64,000 nt of DNA from Paraburkholderia sp. (GCA_036383775.1 DASVNP010000467.1:5243-69242); one strand, 5' to 3'. Positions 37,747 through 48,596 are shown, counted from the stretch's first letter. Made by a program: numbers and translations. Notes: generated from the sequence alone by a model not told the origin.

Positions 37747-38583
37747 ATGAGTGAAGACGTAGTCCTAAAGGAAAAGCACGGGTATGTGACCGTGCTTTCC
37801 ATGAACCATCGCCCGTATAACCTTATGAATGCGACGCTGATGGACCCCTTGCTGGCGGCAATGCAAGAGGCGGTCGAGACGGGCAGCCGCGCCATCGTGC
37901 TGAGGAGTAACCTGAGGCACTTCTGCGCGGGGGCGGACGTCACGCAGTTCAGCGCTCTGATGCAGGCGGCCACAGAAGTCGAGGCTGGTGGCGAGGTCGC
38001 GAGTGCTAAGGAGGTGGCGCCCGCTGTCGATGGGCCGCGTGCATTCGCCCCTGTCGACGTACTGCGTGCGTTCGAAACGCTGCCGATCCCTATCGTCACG
38101 AGCATCCACGGTGCCTGTTTGGGTGGGGGCCTCGAACTCGCGCTCGCTTCGGACTATGTCATCGCTGCGCGATCGGCGAAGATCGGTTCGGTCGAAAGTG
38201 CGCTCGGGTTGCATCCGCTGATGGGGGGCATCCAGCGGCAGGTCCAGCGTATCGGCGTGGCGCGTGCGAAGGAGATGTCGATGCTGGGACGCCGCTACGA
38301 CGCCGAAACACTCGAACGATGGGGCCTTATCAATCTGGTCGTCGCGGACGAGCAGCTCGAATCGGCGACCCTCGCCGTGGCTCAGGAGCTTGCAAATGGG
38401 CCGACGGTCGCACACCGGGTGACAAAGCAGATTGTGACCATTGCCGCCAATGAGGGCGTCGAGGCGGCTGATCTGGCGATGGGCGAATTGCAGAAGGCAA
38501 TCTGGGGATCCGCTGATGTAGAGGTCGGGCTCAAGTCCTTCCTGGCGGAAGGCCCCGGCGCAGCCATGTTCAGGGGGTGCTGA
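37747..38583 (+). CDS. Enoyl-CoA hydratase/isomerase
   Basis: FCAGADV, GGGLELALASD, VESALGLHP. Confidence 0.9.
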   Translation: MSEDVVLKEKHGYVTVLSMNHRPYNLMNATLMDPLLAAMQEAVETGSRAIVLRSNLRHFCAGADVTQFSALMQAATEVEAGGEVASAKEVAPAVDGPRAFAPVDVLRAFETLPIPIVTSIHGACLGGGLELALASDYVIAARSAKIGSVESALGLHPLMGGIQRQVQRIGVARAKEMSMLGRRYDAETLERWGLINLVVADEQLESATLAVAQELANGPTVAHRVTKQIVTIAANEGVEAADLAMGELQKAIWGSADVEVGLKSFLAEGPGAAMFRGC

Positions 38584-38585
38584 TT

Positions 38586-39872
38586 ATGGCTGGACCACTG
38601 CAAGGCCTGAAGGTCGTTGATCTTTCTCGAGTGTTGGCGGGTCCGCTGTGTGCTCGCACGCTGGCGGACCTGGGTGCGGAGGTGATCAAGGTCGAGCCGC
38701 CGCGGCCGGATGTCTCTCGCTTTGCCTTCCCCAATACGGATGGCATGTCCGGCTACTACGCGCAGCAGAATGTCGGCAAGCGCAATGTCAGCATCGATCT
38801 GAATGTGGCAGGCGCGCGGGAACTGGTCCTCAAGCTCTGCAAGGATGCGGACATCTTTGTCGAGAACTTCCGCGCGGGCACACTCAAGTTCTTCGGACTT
38901 GACTACGAAGAACTTTCGAAGATCAACCCGAGGCTGATCTATGTGTCGATCTCGGGCTATGGCCAAGGGGGGCCTTGGGCTTCGCGCATGGCCTATGCAC
39001 CCACGGTTCAGGCGGAGGCCGGGTTCACCCACAACACGCTGCGTCATTACGGCGGCGCGCTTTCCAAGCTGAGATCTGATCCGTTGTCGCATGCCGATGT
39101 TTATGCCGGCCTCCAGGCTGCAGTTGCCGTGCTGGCAGCGGTGCACCGGCGCCAGACCACCGGACGCGGCCAGTACATTGACGTTGCTATGGCTGCCGTC
39201 ATCATGGCGATCAACGAGCGCGCGCATGTGGACATTGCCGGCATCGATACGGGCGCGGAACCCGCCATCATTGGTGCCGCCGACGGCTCGTTCTTCGTTG
39301 GCCCTCACGGCGAGCGCATTCTCACACCTGCAAGCCTGGTGGGCAGCCTGACCTTCCCGTCATATCTGCACGCCATGCGGCGCCCTGATCTGGCAAGCGA
39401 TCCGCGTTTTGCCACGGCAGCACTACGCGCTCAGAACGTCGACGCTCTTCATGGGATTGTCCAGACGTGGATGCTGACGTTTCGCGATATGGCAGCACTC
39501 GACGCCCAACTCGACGAGTCCAAGATCGCGATTGGGGAGATTCGCAGCATGCAAGAAGTGGCGCAGACGGAATGGGCCGAGTACTGGGGCGCCGTGCTGA
39601 ACGTGCCGGACAGGTTCGGAGGCACCTATCAGCTGCACGGACGCCCCTGGCGGTTCTCCGAAGACACGCTGGATGCACCGTCCGCCCCTGCATTCCGAGG
39701 CGAGCATAACGCCGAGGTGTTCGCTGAGCTCGGCATGAGCGCGTCGGAGATCAGCGCTTTGATTGAGGCGCAAGCGCTGGTCGAGCACCCACGCCAGAGT
39801 CCGCCCTTGGTTGGTTCGGCGTCGGACGCGACGCCGGCAGCCGAAGCGGATTCTGGCCCAGTCACTGCATAG
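38586..39872 (+). CDS. Family III CoA-transferase (CaiB/BaiF)
   Basis: PLQGLKVVDLSRVLAGP...LADLGAEVIKVEPP, ADIFVENFRAG, INPRLIYVSISGYG. Confidence 0.92.
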   Translation: MAGPLQGLKVVDLSRVLAGPLCARTLADLGAEVIKVEPPRPDVSRFAFPNTDGMSGYYAQQNVGKRNVSIDLNVAGARELVLKLCKDADIFVENFRAGTLKFFGLDYEELSKINPRLIYVSISGYGQGGPWASRMAYAPTVQAEAGFTHNTLRHYGGALSKLRSDPLSHADVYAGLQAAVAVLAAVHRRQTTGRGQYIDVAMAAVIMAINERAHVDIAGIDTGAEPAIIGAADGSFFVGPHGERILTPASLVGSLTFPSYLHAMRRPDLASDPRFATAALRAQNVDALHGIVQTWMLTFRDMAALDAQLDESKIAIGEIRSMQEVAQTEWAEYWGAVLNVPDRFGGTYQLHGRPWRFSEDTLDAPSAPAFRGEHNAEVFAELGMSASEISALIEAQALVEHPRQSPPLVGSASDATPAAEADSGPVTA

Positions 39873-39890
39873 CGTGCAAGAGGTGTCATC

Positions 39891-41213
39891 ATGAGCGAAG
39901 CGATCGACCATACTCACGACCCGCGTGCACGCAGTTGGGTGCAGAGCGCCAATTCACCGAATACAGAATTTCCGATCCAGAATTTGCCGCTCGGCGTCTT
40001 CGAGCACGATCAGTCGCCGAACGGCCGGATCGGAGTAGCTATCGGTGATCAAGTTCTCGACATCGCCGCCGCCCTGGACAAAGGTTTGCTGCCTGAGTTG
40101 GCGGAGTTCGACGCCGAGTTGCATATGTCCGCGCTCAATGCGCTGATGACGCACGGCCGGCGGGCAGCCCGTGCACTGCGCCACGCCGTGTTCGGAATGT
40201 TGCAGGAGGACAGTGAACACGAGGCCCTAGCCTCGAAGTGTCTGCTGCCCATGCGCGAGGTGAGAATGCAGGTGCCGGCGAACATCGGCGACTTCACGGA
40301 TTTTTTCACCTCGATCCACCATGCACGTCGCACCGGCGAGCTATCGCGACCCGATATGCCGGTGGCAGCGAACTTCAGACATATGCCTATCGGCTATCAC
40401 GGGCGCGCGTCGAGCGTGGTCCAAAGCGGTGTGTCGTGCATACGGCCCCGCGGGCAGGCGGCACCGTCTTCCGTCGCGGCGGTAGCGGCGCAGGAATACA
40501 TGCCCACGCGGGCGCTCGACTTTGAGCTTGAAGTGGGTTGCCTGATCGGGAAGGGCAACGCGCTGGGATCGACAATTCCGATCGATGAGGCCGAGGACCA
40601 TATGTTCGGGCTCTGTCTGGTCAATGACTGGTCGGCGCGCGATATCCAAGGCTGGGAAAGCTATCCCTTAGGTCCGTTCCTCGCCAAGAGTTTCATGACC
40701 ACTGTGTCGCCGTGGTTGGTCACGCTGGAGGCGCTGGCTCCGTTCCGGGTGGCCGCGCCCGCTCGGGCCCCAGAGGATCCGCCTTCGCCACCGGCCCTCA
40801 CATCGGCGAAGCATGCGGCAGTAGGAGCCATCTCAATCTCGCTTGAGGTTCTTCTGCAGACAGCCGTCATGCAGGAACAAGGTCTGGAGCCCGTGGTCCT
40901 GACCCGCCCGCAGTTCAACGAGCAGTACTGGACGCTTACGCAGATGCTCACGCATCACGCCAGCAATGGATGCAACTTGCGTACGGGGGATTTGCTGTCC
41001 AGTGGAACGGTCTCCGGTGTGGAACGTGAGAACAGCGGATGCATGGTGGAACTCACCACGTTAGGTAAGGAACCATTGCGCCTGCCGTCGGGAGAAACAC
41101 GTCCCTTCCTGGAAGACGGCGACGTCGTATGGCTGCGCGGCGTCTGCCACCGGGACGGCTACCAGTCCATCGGATTCGGCGAATGCACGGCTCAGATCAA
41201 GGGGGGGAGATGA
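39891..41213 (+). CDS. fahA: Fumarylacetoacetase
   Basis: FPIQNLPLG, GDFTDFFTSIHHA, GYHGRASS, LDFELE, NDWSARDIQGWESYPLGPF. Confidence 0.92.
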   Translation: MSEAIDHTHDPRARSWVQSANSPNTEFPIQNLPLGVFEHDQSPNGRIGVAIGDQVLDIAAALDKGLLPELAEFDAELHMSALNALMTHGRRAARALRHAVFGMLQEDSEHEALASKCLLPMREVRMQVPANIGDFTDFFTSIHHARRTGELSRPDMPVAANFRHMPIGYHGRASSVVQSGVSCIRPRGQAAPSSVAAVAAQEYMPTRALDFELEVGCLIGKGNALGSTIPIDEAEDHMFGLCLVNDWSARDIQGWESYPLGPFLAKSFMTTVSPWLVTLEALAPFRVAAPARAPEDPPSPPALTSAKHAAVGAISISLEVLLQTAVMQEQGLEPVVLTRPQFNEQYWTLTQMLTHHASNGCNLRTGDLLSSGTVSGVERENSGCMVELTTLGKEPLRLPSGETRPFLEDGDVVWLRGVCHRDGYQSIGFGECTAQIKGGR

Positions 41214-41719
41214 CGCGACAACAAGTCACCATCACGGTCAACGGAGCCCCGGTGAACGCGGTTATCGAACCGCGGGAGCTGCTCGTGCATTTCCTGCGAG
41301 ACCACGCAGGCATGACGGGAACCCACATCGGGTGCGACACGTCGCAATGCGGCGCCTGCACCGTTCGGATGGACGGGAAGACGGTCAAGTCATGCACGGT
41401 CCTGGCGGTGCAGGCGCAGACGCACAGCGTAACGACCATTGAAGGTCTGGGCACGCCGAAGAACATGACGCCGCTACAGCAGGCCTTCACGGAAATGCAT
41501 GGTCTGCAATGCGGCTTCTGCACGCCGGGCATGATCTTCGCCGCGCAGGCGCTGCTGGATCGGGTCGCAAACCCGACCGAAGCGCAAGTACGCGAAGCTT
41601 TGCACGGCAATCTGTGCCGCTGCACCGGGTATAAGAACATCGTGGATGCGGTCCTGCTAGCTGCAAGCCGTGCGAATCAGGCGGCCGACGACGCCAGCAG
41701 ACCGAAGGAGAACGCGTAA
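41210..41719 (+). CDS. Molybdenum hydroxylase small (2Fe-2S) subunit, CoxS-like
   Basis: GCDTSQCGACTV, QCGFCTPG, NLCRCTGY; ATGA overlap with the upstream stop. Confidence 0.95.
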   Translation: MTRQQVTITVNGAPVNAVIEPRELLVHFLRDHAGMTGTHIGCDTSQCGACTVRMDGKTVKSCTVLAVQAQTHSVTTIEGLGTPKNMTPLQQAFTEMHGLQCGFCTPGMIFAAQALLDRVANPTEAQVREALHGNLCRCTGYKNIVDAVLLAASRANQAADDASRPKENA

Positions 41720-44106
41720 TGAGCATGCTCGATCACGCAGCGTCTTCGCGCCTCGTTGGGCAATCTATCACTCGCCGCGAAGACCCGCGCCTGCTAACTG
41801 GCCGTGGACGGTACACCGATGACATCGCGATCGAGGGGCTTACCTGCGCCATGGTACTGCGCTCGCCCCATGGTCACGCACTGATCGAATCTATCGATAC
41901 ATCGGCGGCATTGGCCATGGAAGGGGTGGTGGGCATCCTGACCTACGAAGACCTGCGCGGCAAGGTCGGCGACATCCGTCCCAACTGGGTCGTGAGCGGC
42001 GCCAAGGTGCCCCCTCATCCCCCACTGGCCGATGGACGTGTGCGTTATGTCGGCGAAGCGGTCGCGCTTGTGGTGGCCCATACACGCCAGCAAGCGGCGG
42101 ATGCACTCGAAGCTATCATTGTCGACTACGACGTACTGTCGGCCGTTGTCGATGAGGAGGCTGCCCTCCAGGAAGGCGCACCGCAATTGCACGACAACGT
42201 GCCCGGCAACCTCATCGGAATATACCGCGGCGGCGGCGGTGACTACGAGGCAGCAGCGGAACAGGCCGATCAGCTGGTCAAGGTGCGGCTGGTCAACAAC
42301 CGGCTGATTCCGAGTCCCATCGAGCCTCGCGCGGTGCGCGCGGTATTTGACGAGAACGACGACAGGCTCACTATCTACCTGCCGTCACAGGTTCCGCACA
42401 TGTCCAGGCGCTGGTTGGCTGAAACCCTGGGCTGGCCCGAACACAAAATTCATCTTATTGCGCCGGACATTGGTGGCGGGTTCGGGTCCAAGATGCACTT
42501 GTACGCCGAGGAGATCCTCGTCGCGTTCGCTGCGAGACACTTCGGGCGACCCGTGGGCTGGACCGAGACGCGCAGCGAGGCGCACACTGCCACCACGCAC
42601 GGTCGCGCACACATCGAGTACGTGGAAGCAGCGGTCAGAAAGGATGGCCGCGTGCTCGGCATCAAGATGCGCTCGTTGGCCAATCTGGGTGCGTATCTGT
42701 CCAACATGGCGACCGGCATCCCGACCATCAATACGGTTTCGTTCGCCTGCGGCAACTATGACATCGCCGCGCTCGATGGAGAGATGCGGCTCGTGACGAC
42801 CAACACTACGCCGGTGGATGCCTACCGAGGCGCTGGTCGGCCGGAAGCCACGTATCTCATCGAAAGAACGATGGACGCAGTCGCTGCCGAGCTGGGTATG
42901 GATCCGGTCGAACTGCGCCGGATCAACCTGATTCGAAAACATCAGTTTCCCTACCATCCTTACGAGAGCCCTGTCTTTACCTGGGACACCGGCAATTACG
43001 AGGGCTGCCTCGAGGCTGCTGTGGAGGCAATTGGCTACAGCGAATGGCGCGAGCGACAGGCCGCGTTGCGGGCGCAGGGGCGCTATGTCGGCATCGCCGT
43101 GACTTGCTATCTGGAAATGGTGGGCGTCGGCAATTCAGTTCCGCTCAAGTGGGTCGGATTTGATCGCGGCGGATGGGAAAGCGCGCTGTTGCGCGTCCAT
43201 TCCGATGGGAAGGTGACACTTTTCACGGGCTCCATGCCACAAGGACACGGGCACGCCACTGTCTACGCACAGATCGTCGGTGATGCGCTGCAGTTGCCCA
43301 TGGACCACATCGACGTCGTTTTCGGCGACACGGACAGAGTCCCGGCTGGGCATGGCACGTTTAACTCGAGGTCCATACCTGTTGGCGGCTCGGCTGCGCA
43401 TATGGCGGCTAAGAAAGTGCTGACCAAGGCAACCGCAATCGCGGCTGCGATGCTGGGCACGACACCCGAAGAGGTGAGTCACGCCTCGGAAGCCTTCTTC
43501 GTGAGTGGGCACCCCGAGCGGCGAGTCAGCTTCGGCGAGGTTGCGCGGATGGCATACGTGAGCTCCGAACTGCCGCTTGGCATGGAGCCCGGACTGGAGG
43601 AAACAGTGTTCTTTCAGCCCGAAGATGGCGTTACAACGTTCGGCAGTCACGCTGCGGTAGTCGAGGTGGACATCGAAACAGGGTTGGTGAGCGTTCTCGA
43701 TTATGTAGCAGTTGACGACATCGGAAATGTCATCAACCCCATGCTTGTCGACGGGCAAGTTCACGGCGGAGTCGCGCAGGGAATCGGCCAGGCCTTGTAT
43801 GAAGGCGCCGAATACGATGAAAACGGGCAACTCCTCACTGGTTCGCTGCTCGATTACGCGGTGCCGAAGAGCGAACAGATCCCACGCGTGCGTACGAGCT
43901 TCCAGGTGACGCCTACCCCGATAAATCCGCTTGGCGCCAAGGGCATCGGCGAAGCCGGCTGTGTCGGTGCGCCGCCGGTCATCGTTGGAGCCGTTTGCGA
44001 TGCGCTTAGCAGCTTTGGCATCACCCATATCGACATGCCGTTGACGCCGCCCAAAGTGTGGCGCGCTATCAGTGCTGCACAAGTCGACAAAAGGAGCCCA
44101 GCATGA
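41719..44106 (+). CDS. Molybdenum hydroxylase large subunit (xanthine dehydrogenase family, CoxL form II-like)
   Basis: REDPRLLTGRGRYTDD, GGGFGSK, AYRGAGRPEA, QGHGHAT, GQVHGGVAQGIG, KGIGEAG. Confidence 0.95.
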   Translation: MSMLDHAASSRLVGQSITRREDPRLLTGRGRYTDDIAIEGLTCAMVLRSPHGHALIESIDTSAALAMEGVVGILTYEDLRGKVGDIRPNWVVSGAKVPPHPPLADGRVRYVGEAVALVVAHTRQQAADALEAIIVDYDVLSAVVDEEAALQEGAPQLHDNVPGNLIGIYRGGGGDYEAAAEQADQLVKVRLVNNRLIPSPIEPRAVRAVFDENDDRLTIYLPSQVPHMSRRWLAETLGWPEHKIHLIAPDIGGGFGSKMHLYAEEILVAFAARHFGRPVGWTETRSEAHTATTHGRAHIEYVEAAVRKDGRVLGIKMRSLANLGAYLSNMATGIPTINTVSFACGNYDIAALDGEMRLVTTNTTPVDAYRGAGRPEATYLIERTMDAVAAELGMDPVELRRINLIRKHQFPYHPYESPVFTWDTGNYEGCLEAAVEAIGYSEWRERQAALRAQGRYVGIAVTCYLEMVGVGNSVPLKWVGFDRGGWESALLRVHSDGKVTLFTGSMPQGHGHATVYAQIVGDALQLPMDHIDVVFGDTDRVPAGHGTFNSRSIPVGGSAAHMAAKKVLTKATAIAAAMLGTTPEEVSHASEAFFVSGHPERRVSFGEVARMAYVSSELPLGMEPGLEETVFFQPEDGVTTFGSHAAVVEVDIETGLVSVLDYVAVDDIGNVINPMLVDGQVHGGVAQGIGQALYEGAEYDENGQLLTGSLLDYAVPKSEQIPRVRTSFQVTPTPINPLGAKGIGEAGCVGAPPVIVGAVCDALSSFGITHIDMPLTPPKVWRAISAAQVDKRSPA

Positions 44107-44969
44107 TTCCGCGCGCATTCGAGTATGTACGGCCCGACAGCTTGTCAGAGGCTATTCGCCTGCTCGTCGGCGGGGGCGAGGAGGCGAAGTTGCTGAGCGG
44201 AGGCCATTCGCTGCTCCCGATGATGAAGCTGCGCCTGGCGAGTCCAGGCACGCTGATCGACGTGAGCGAACTAGCGGACCTTCGGGGCATCACCATCGAC
44301 GCGAACGAGGTCGTCATTGGCGCTGCGACCACGCATGCCGAGCTTGAACACCACGTCGAGCTGAACAGAGTGTTGCCGATGTTTGCGACTGTCGGCCACC
44401 AGATTGCGGACCCGACGGTGCGCAATCGCGGCACCCTGGGTGGCTCGTTAGCGCACGCGGATCCTTCGGCCGATTGGCCGGCTGCGATGCTGGCCCTCGA
44501 AGCGAAGCTCGACGTCATCGGAGCGAAGGGCGCGCGTTCGATTGCTGCAGATTCGTTCTTCAAGGGGCTCTTCGAGACAGATCTGGAACCCGACGAGATC
44601 ATCGTACGTGTGCGTGTTCCGGTGGTGGTGGACCGGCGTGTGGCCTATCGCAAGTTCCGCCATCCGGCCTCGGGCTACGCCGTCGCCGGCGTGGCCGTTG
44701 TCCTCGCTCAACAGGCCGGTCAATGTACCGGTGGACGAATCGCGGTGACAGGCTTTGCCGATCACGCCTACCGTGCAAAACACGCCGAAGAGGCGCTGGC
44801 AGGATACGCCGGCCAACCGGCGCAGACGGAGCATTTGCTGGATCTGGCGTTTTCCGGGGTCATCCCGTTGGAGGACCGCTTCGCCGATGCCAACTACCGC
44901 ATCCAACTCGGCCGAACGTTGCTTCGGCGCGCGCTGGCTGATGCGATGTCGACGGACGGTTGTCATTGA
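44103..44969 (+). CDS. Molybdenum hydroxylase FAD subunit, CoxM-like
   Basis: LSGGHSLLPMMKLR, VRNRGTLGGSLAHADP, HPASGYA. Confidence 0.95.
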   Translation: MIPRAFEYVRPDSLSEAIRLLVGGGEEAKLLSGGHSLLPMMKLRLASPGTLIDVSELADLRGITIDANEVVIGAATTHAELEHHVELNRVLPMFATVGHQIADPTVRNRGTLGGSLAHADPSADWPAAMLALEAKLDVIGAKGARSIAADSFFKGLFETDLEPDEIIVRVRVPVVVDRRVAYRKFRHPASGYAVAGVAVVLAQQAGQCTGGRIAVTGFADHAYRAKHAEEALAGYAGQPAQTEHLLDLAFSGVIPLEDRFADANYRIQLGRTLLRRALADAMSTDGCH

Positions 44970-45216
44970 TTCGCGGTCGGAGCGCAACATGAGTCAACTA
45001 GCTGGCAATTTGCTCGAACTGTTGCGCCTTGGCGCGAATAAGCCGGGGGCTCTTATCGAACACTTGTTGTGCGAACTTGCGTTGAATCTCATTGCGCCGG
45101 GCTGTGCTGCCGTGCCGGCGCTCGATGTCTAGCCTGACCACGCAATGCATTTTAGCAAGTGATATCCGTGTCGAAGTCGCGGGCCTGACCGAACGGAAAT
45201 ATGCCGGAGAGATTGA

Positions 45217-46377
45217 ATGGAACTCGTTGGAAAAAGACTGATTCCCGCGCCGATTGCCACCACTTGGGAGGCATTGAACGACCCCGACGTGCTCAAGTCG
45301 TGCATTGCGGGATGCGAGTCGCTGGAATTGGTGCAGCCTGGCACGCTGATGGCCGTACTGGCGGCGCGGGTAGGGCCGGTCGCCGCGCGCTTCAAGGGAA
45401 CGGTGACATTGAGCAATGTGCAGGCGCCGCGCAGCTATATGTTGTCCTTCGAAGGGCAGGGCGGGATCGCCGGTTTTGGCAAAGGGTCGGCAGACGTTTC
45501 GCTGACGGAACAGGGGGATCAGACGTTGCTGAGTTACTCGTCTCGAGTCCAGGTGGGAGGTCGGTTGGCTCAGGTCGGTTCCCGCTTGATCAATGCGGCC
45601 GCGTCGAAGATCACGGAGGATTTCTTCTCGGCGTTTGAAGCCCGGTTGGGGCCGGCCACGGCCGAATCGGCCACTCCTGAGGTCGCCACCCGCAGCGACA
45701 CCGACGTGCCGACGATATCTCGCCTTGTCGCTACTACTGCACCGAAGCACAGTCGGAGCTTGCCGTCGGTTGCCGAGCTGAGATCGCAACCGAAGCCGAC
45801 CAAGGCGGTAGCGAACGAGCCACACATGCTCCCCAAGACCGAGGCGGCTCCAGCGAAACTGAGTCATGTCGGTGCTGGCACGTCGATCAAGCTTATCGGA
45901 GAAAGACTGGTTGCGGCGCCGATATTGGCAACCTTCAACGCACTGGCTAATCACGAGGTGCTCAAGGTGTGCATTCCAGGAATCCAGTCGCTGGATCAGG
46001 TGCGGCAGGATAGGCAGGTGCTAGTCCTGGCGCCGATGGGGCCGTTGGGTCCGCGATTCAGGAGCAGCCTTCGAGTGCATAACGTCCATGTACCGATGAG
46101 CTTCATGGTGTCGTTCGTCGGAGAGCGTGGGTCAACGGGGTTGGTCAAGGTCTCGCTGATCGAGGAGGGAAGGCAGACGCGCGTGTGCTACGACCTGCAG
46201 GCACAGATACACGGTTTCGTTGGCAAGGCTGGACCGCGGGTACTCGAGTTCATTGGCTCGCAGATCGGCAAACAATTTTTTTCGGCGCTCGATGCCCGGT
46301 TTCACGCGTCGATAGCCCGGATGGCAGCGGATGCGGGTCGCGGTAAGCACCGATCGAGGGCAAAGCGAGGGTTGTAG
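45217..46377 (+). CDS. CoxG/SRPBCC protein with two tandem domains
   Basis: WEALNDPDVLKSCIAGCE in domain 1 and FNALANHEVLKVCIPGIQ in domain 2, joined by a Pro/Ala/Thr-rich linker. Confidence 0.85.
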   Translation: MELVGKRLIPAPIATTWEALNDPDVLKSCIAGCESLELVQPGTLMAVLAARVGPVAARFKGTVTLSNVQAPRSYMLSFEGQGGIAGFGKGSADVSLTEQGDQTLLSYSSRVQVGGRLAQVGSRLINAAASKITEDFFSAFEARLGPATAESATPEVATRSDTDVPTISRLVATTAPKHSRSLPSVAELRSQPKPTKAVANEPHMLPKTEAAPAKLSHVGAGTSIKLIGERLVAAPILATFNALANHEVLKVCIPGIQSLDQVRQDRQVLVLAPMGPLGPRFRSSLRVHNVHVPMSFMVSFVGERGSTGLVKVSLIEEGRQTRVCYDLQAQIHGFVGKAGPRVLEFIGSQIGKQFFSALDARFHASIARMAADAGRGKHRSRAKRGL

Positions 46378-46550
46378 GCTGCGGTCCGTCCCCGCGTCCG
46401 CTGAGCCGCATGACGATCGATAAATTGGACCGGCTGCGCAGGCCGGCCTTCATCTACATCGGCAATCGCACGACTCGCCGCAGATCTCGTAGGTTTTGAG
46501 AAACACGTGTTGCACGTAGCCACTATATAAATGAAAGGAGACGGAGACAA

Positions 46551-47276
46551 ATGATAAAAGGAAGCCAAACAACCACTGCCCTGGCCATAGGGTTATCAAT
46601 TGCTTTTACGTGCTCGGGCGTGCGAGCTGACGAATCTGCAAACGCACAAGTCGACGAACCCGCAAACACGGTGAAGATGGGATATGTCGGCGTCTTATTT
46701 AACACCAACTCCGGCTACTTATCCGGTCCGCCGGGCAGCACACCCCCCGGTATTCAGATCGACGTGAAGAATACAAGCATTCTGGGGTTGAGCTATCAGA
46801 GAAATCTGTCCGACCACTGGTCGGTCCTCTTTCAGGCGGGAAGTCCTGTCGCCGTACGTAGCGAAGGAGCCGGCAATGCAGCCGGTGTAGGGGCGCTCAC
46901 AACAGCCAAGGCGTGGTTCCCGGCCCTTATGCTTGACTACACCTTCACGGACTTCCATGGCATTCGGCCTTACATGGGTCTTGGTGTGAACTACACCTTC
47001 TTCACGAATCAAAAGGTCAATGCCACCTACACGAACGCGTTCCAGGGGACTCAAACTTCGATAAAGATGAAAGATTCCTGGGGTCCCGTCGCGCGACTAG
47101 GCGTCGAGTATCTGGTTAACAAGCATTGGGTCGTCGATTTTTCCTATTTGCACTACTGGGTGAGAACGACACTCACGCTCACCACGGCGACACCCGGATT
47201 CGGCAATGTCACCCGGACCATCGGAGTCAAGATCAACCCCGATCTGCTCGGTCTGGTGGTTGGGTATCGCTTCTGA
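46551..47276 (+). CDS. OmpW/AlkL family outer membrane protein
   Basis: Signal peptide, IRPYMGLGVNYTFF, KDSWGPV, C-terminal NPDLLGLVVGYRF. Confidence 0.9.
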   Translation: MIKGSQTTTALAIGLSIAFTCSGVRADESANAQVDEPANTVKMGYVGVLFNTNSGYLSGPPGSTPPGIQIDVKNTSILGLSYQRNLSDHWSVLFQAGSPVAVRSEGAGNAAGVGALTTAKAWFPALMLDYTFTDFHGIRPYMGLGVNYTFFTNQKVNATYTNAFQGTQTSIKMKDSWGPVARLGVEYLVNKHWVVDFSYLHYWVRTTLTLTTATPGFGNVTRTIGVKINPDLLGLVVGYRF

Positions 47277-47347
47277 CGACGCGTCCGCGTTCACTCAAGC
47301 TGGACCACTGCATAACTGAAATCTATTCAATCAAAGTAATGCTTACC

Positions 47348-48532
47348 ATGAGCAACAATATCGTCATCTGTTCCCCCGTTCGCACGGCCATTGGCGCTTT
47401 TGGCGGATCACTGAAGAGCACGCCCGCAGCAATGCTGGGCGCGCACGTCATTGCCGCGACACTGCGCCGCTCGAAGCTCGATCCAGAGCGTGTCGACTCC
47501 GTTGTGATGGGCAACGTGGTGCAGGCCGGCAACGGTATGAACGTCGCTCGGCAGGCGGCGATCTATGGCGGTTTGCCTGTGAGCGTTCCGGCAATGACGA
47601 TCAACCGGGTTTGCGGTTCCGGCGTGCAGGCCGTGGCAAGTGCGTACGCGGAAATCGCGAGCGGACTCTCGCGCCTCCTGATTGCCGGCGGGGCGGAAAA
47701 CATGGAGCGCGCACCGTACCTGTTGCCCGGCATGCGTTTCGGGACTCGCATGGGCAATGCGGAGGTTATCGATTCCGTGTTGTCCGACGGATTGAGCGAC
47801 GCCTTCTCGGGCAAACATTCGGGCTGGCACACCGAGGATCTTGCAATGAAACTCGGGATAACTCGCGACGCTCAGGATTCGTTTGCGGTGCAAAGCCAGC
47901 ACCGGTTCGCCAAGGCTCAGGCTGCCGGATGGTACGAAGCAGAGATTGAGCCTCTGACCTTGAAGGGGCCGAAGGGAGCCACGGTTCACTTTTCATCGGA
48001 TGAATCGAACCGGCCGGATACCACGATGGAGACGCTCGCCAAGCTTAAGCCTGCCTTCCGCCCCGAGGGTACGATTACGGCAGGCAACGCTCCGGGCGTC
48101 AATGCAGGTGCTGCTGCGATGATCGTTTGTGATGAGGCCGTGGCTCGCGACAACGATATGCAGCCCATGATCGCGATTCGCGGTGTGGGTGTTGCCGCGG
48201 TCGAACCCGCGTTCTTCGGGCTGGGGCCGCTCCCTGCGATCCGTCTGGCACTCCATCGAGCAGGGTGGAGGGTCGAAGACGTCGACCGCTATGAGGTCAA
48301 TGAAGCCTTTGCTGCCATCGCAATCGCTGTGCGAGATGAGTTGAAGATCGATCCGTTGAAATTCAACATCGACGGCGGCGCGATTGCCCATGGGCACCCA
48401 ATCGGCGGTACCGGTGCCATCCTGATCACTAAGGTCGCGCACGCGCTCGAGCGCACCAAGACGCGTAGAGCGGTGGTCTCGCTGTGCATTGGAGGCGGGC
48501 AGGGGATTGCCTTGTGCCTCGAACGGATCTGA
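47348..48532 (+). CDS. Acetyl-CoA C-acetyltransferase (thiolase)
   Basis: NRVCGSG, NEAFA, HGHPIG, SLCIGGGQG. Confidence 0.94.
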   Translation: MSNNIVICSPVRTAIGAFGGSLKSTPAAMLGAHVIAATLRRSKLDPERVDSVVMGNVVQAGNGMNVARQAAIYGGLPVSVPAMTINRVCGSGVQAVASAYAEIASGLSRLLIAGGAENMERAPYLLPGMRFGTRMGNAEVIDSVLSDGLSDAFSGKHSGWHTEDLAMKLGITRDAQDSFAVQSQHRFAKAQAAGWYEAEIEPLTLKGPKGATVHFSSDESNRPDTTMETLAKLKPAFRPEGTITAGNAPGVNAGAAAMIVCDEAVARDNDMQPMIAIRGVGVAAVEPAFFGLGPLPAIRLALHRAGWRVEDVDRYEVNEAFAAIAIAVRDELKIDPLKFNIDGGAIAHGHPIGGTGAILITKVAHALERTKTRRAVVSLCIGGGQGIALCLERI

Positions 48533-48596
48533 TATCGGATGTCTTGGGCTGCGGCGACAGCGATCGCGCTACTCGCCATCATGGAAGTAGGTCATC

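Noticed and set aside
44998-45954. Long antisense ORFs (also 38382..39308, 43135..44118, 8247..9161)
   Set aside because: They are shadow frames of well-supported genes in GC-rich DNA and show no motifs.
41210-46377. Aerobic carbon monoxide dehydrogenase
   Set aside because: AYRGAGR active-site loop and S-L-M gene order indicate a form II-like enzyme, not the Mo-Cu form I CODH.
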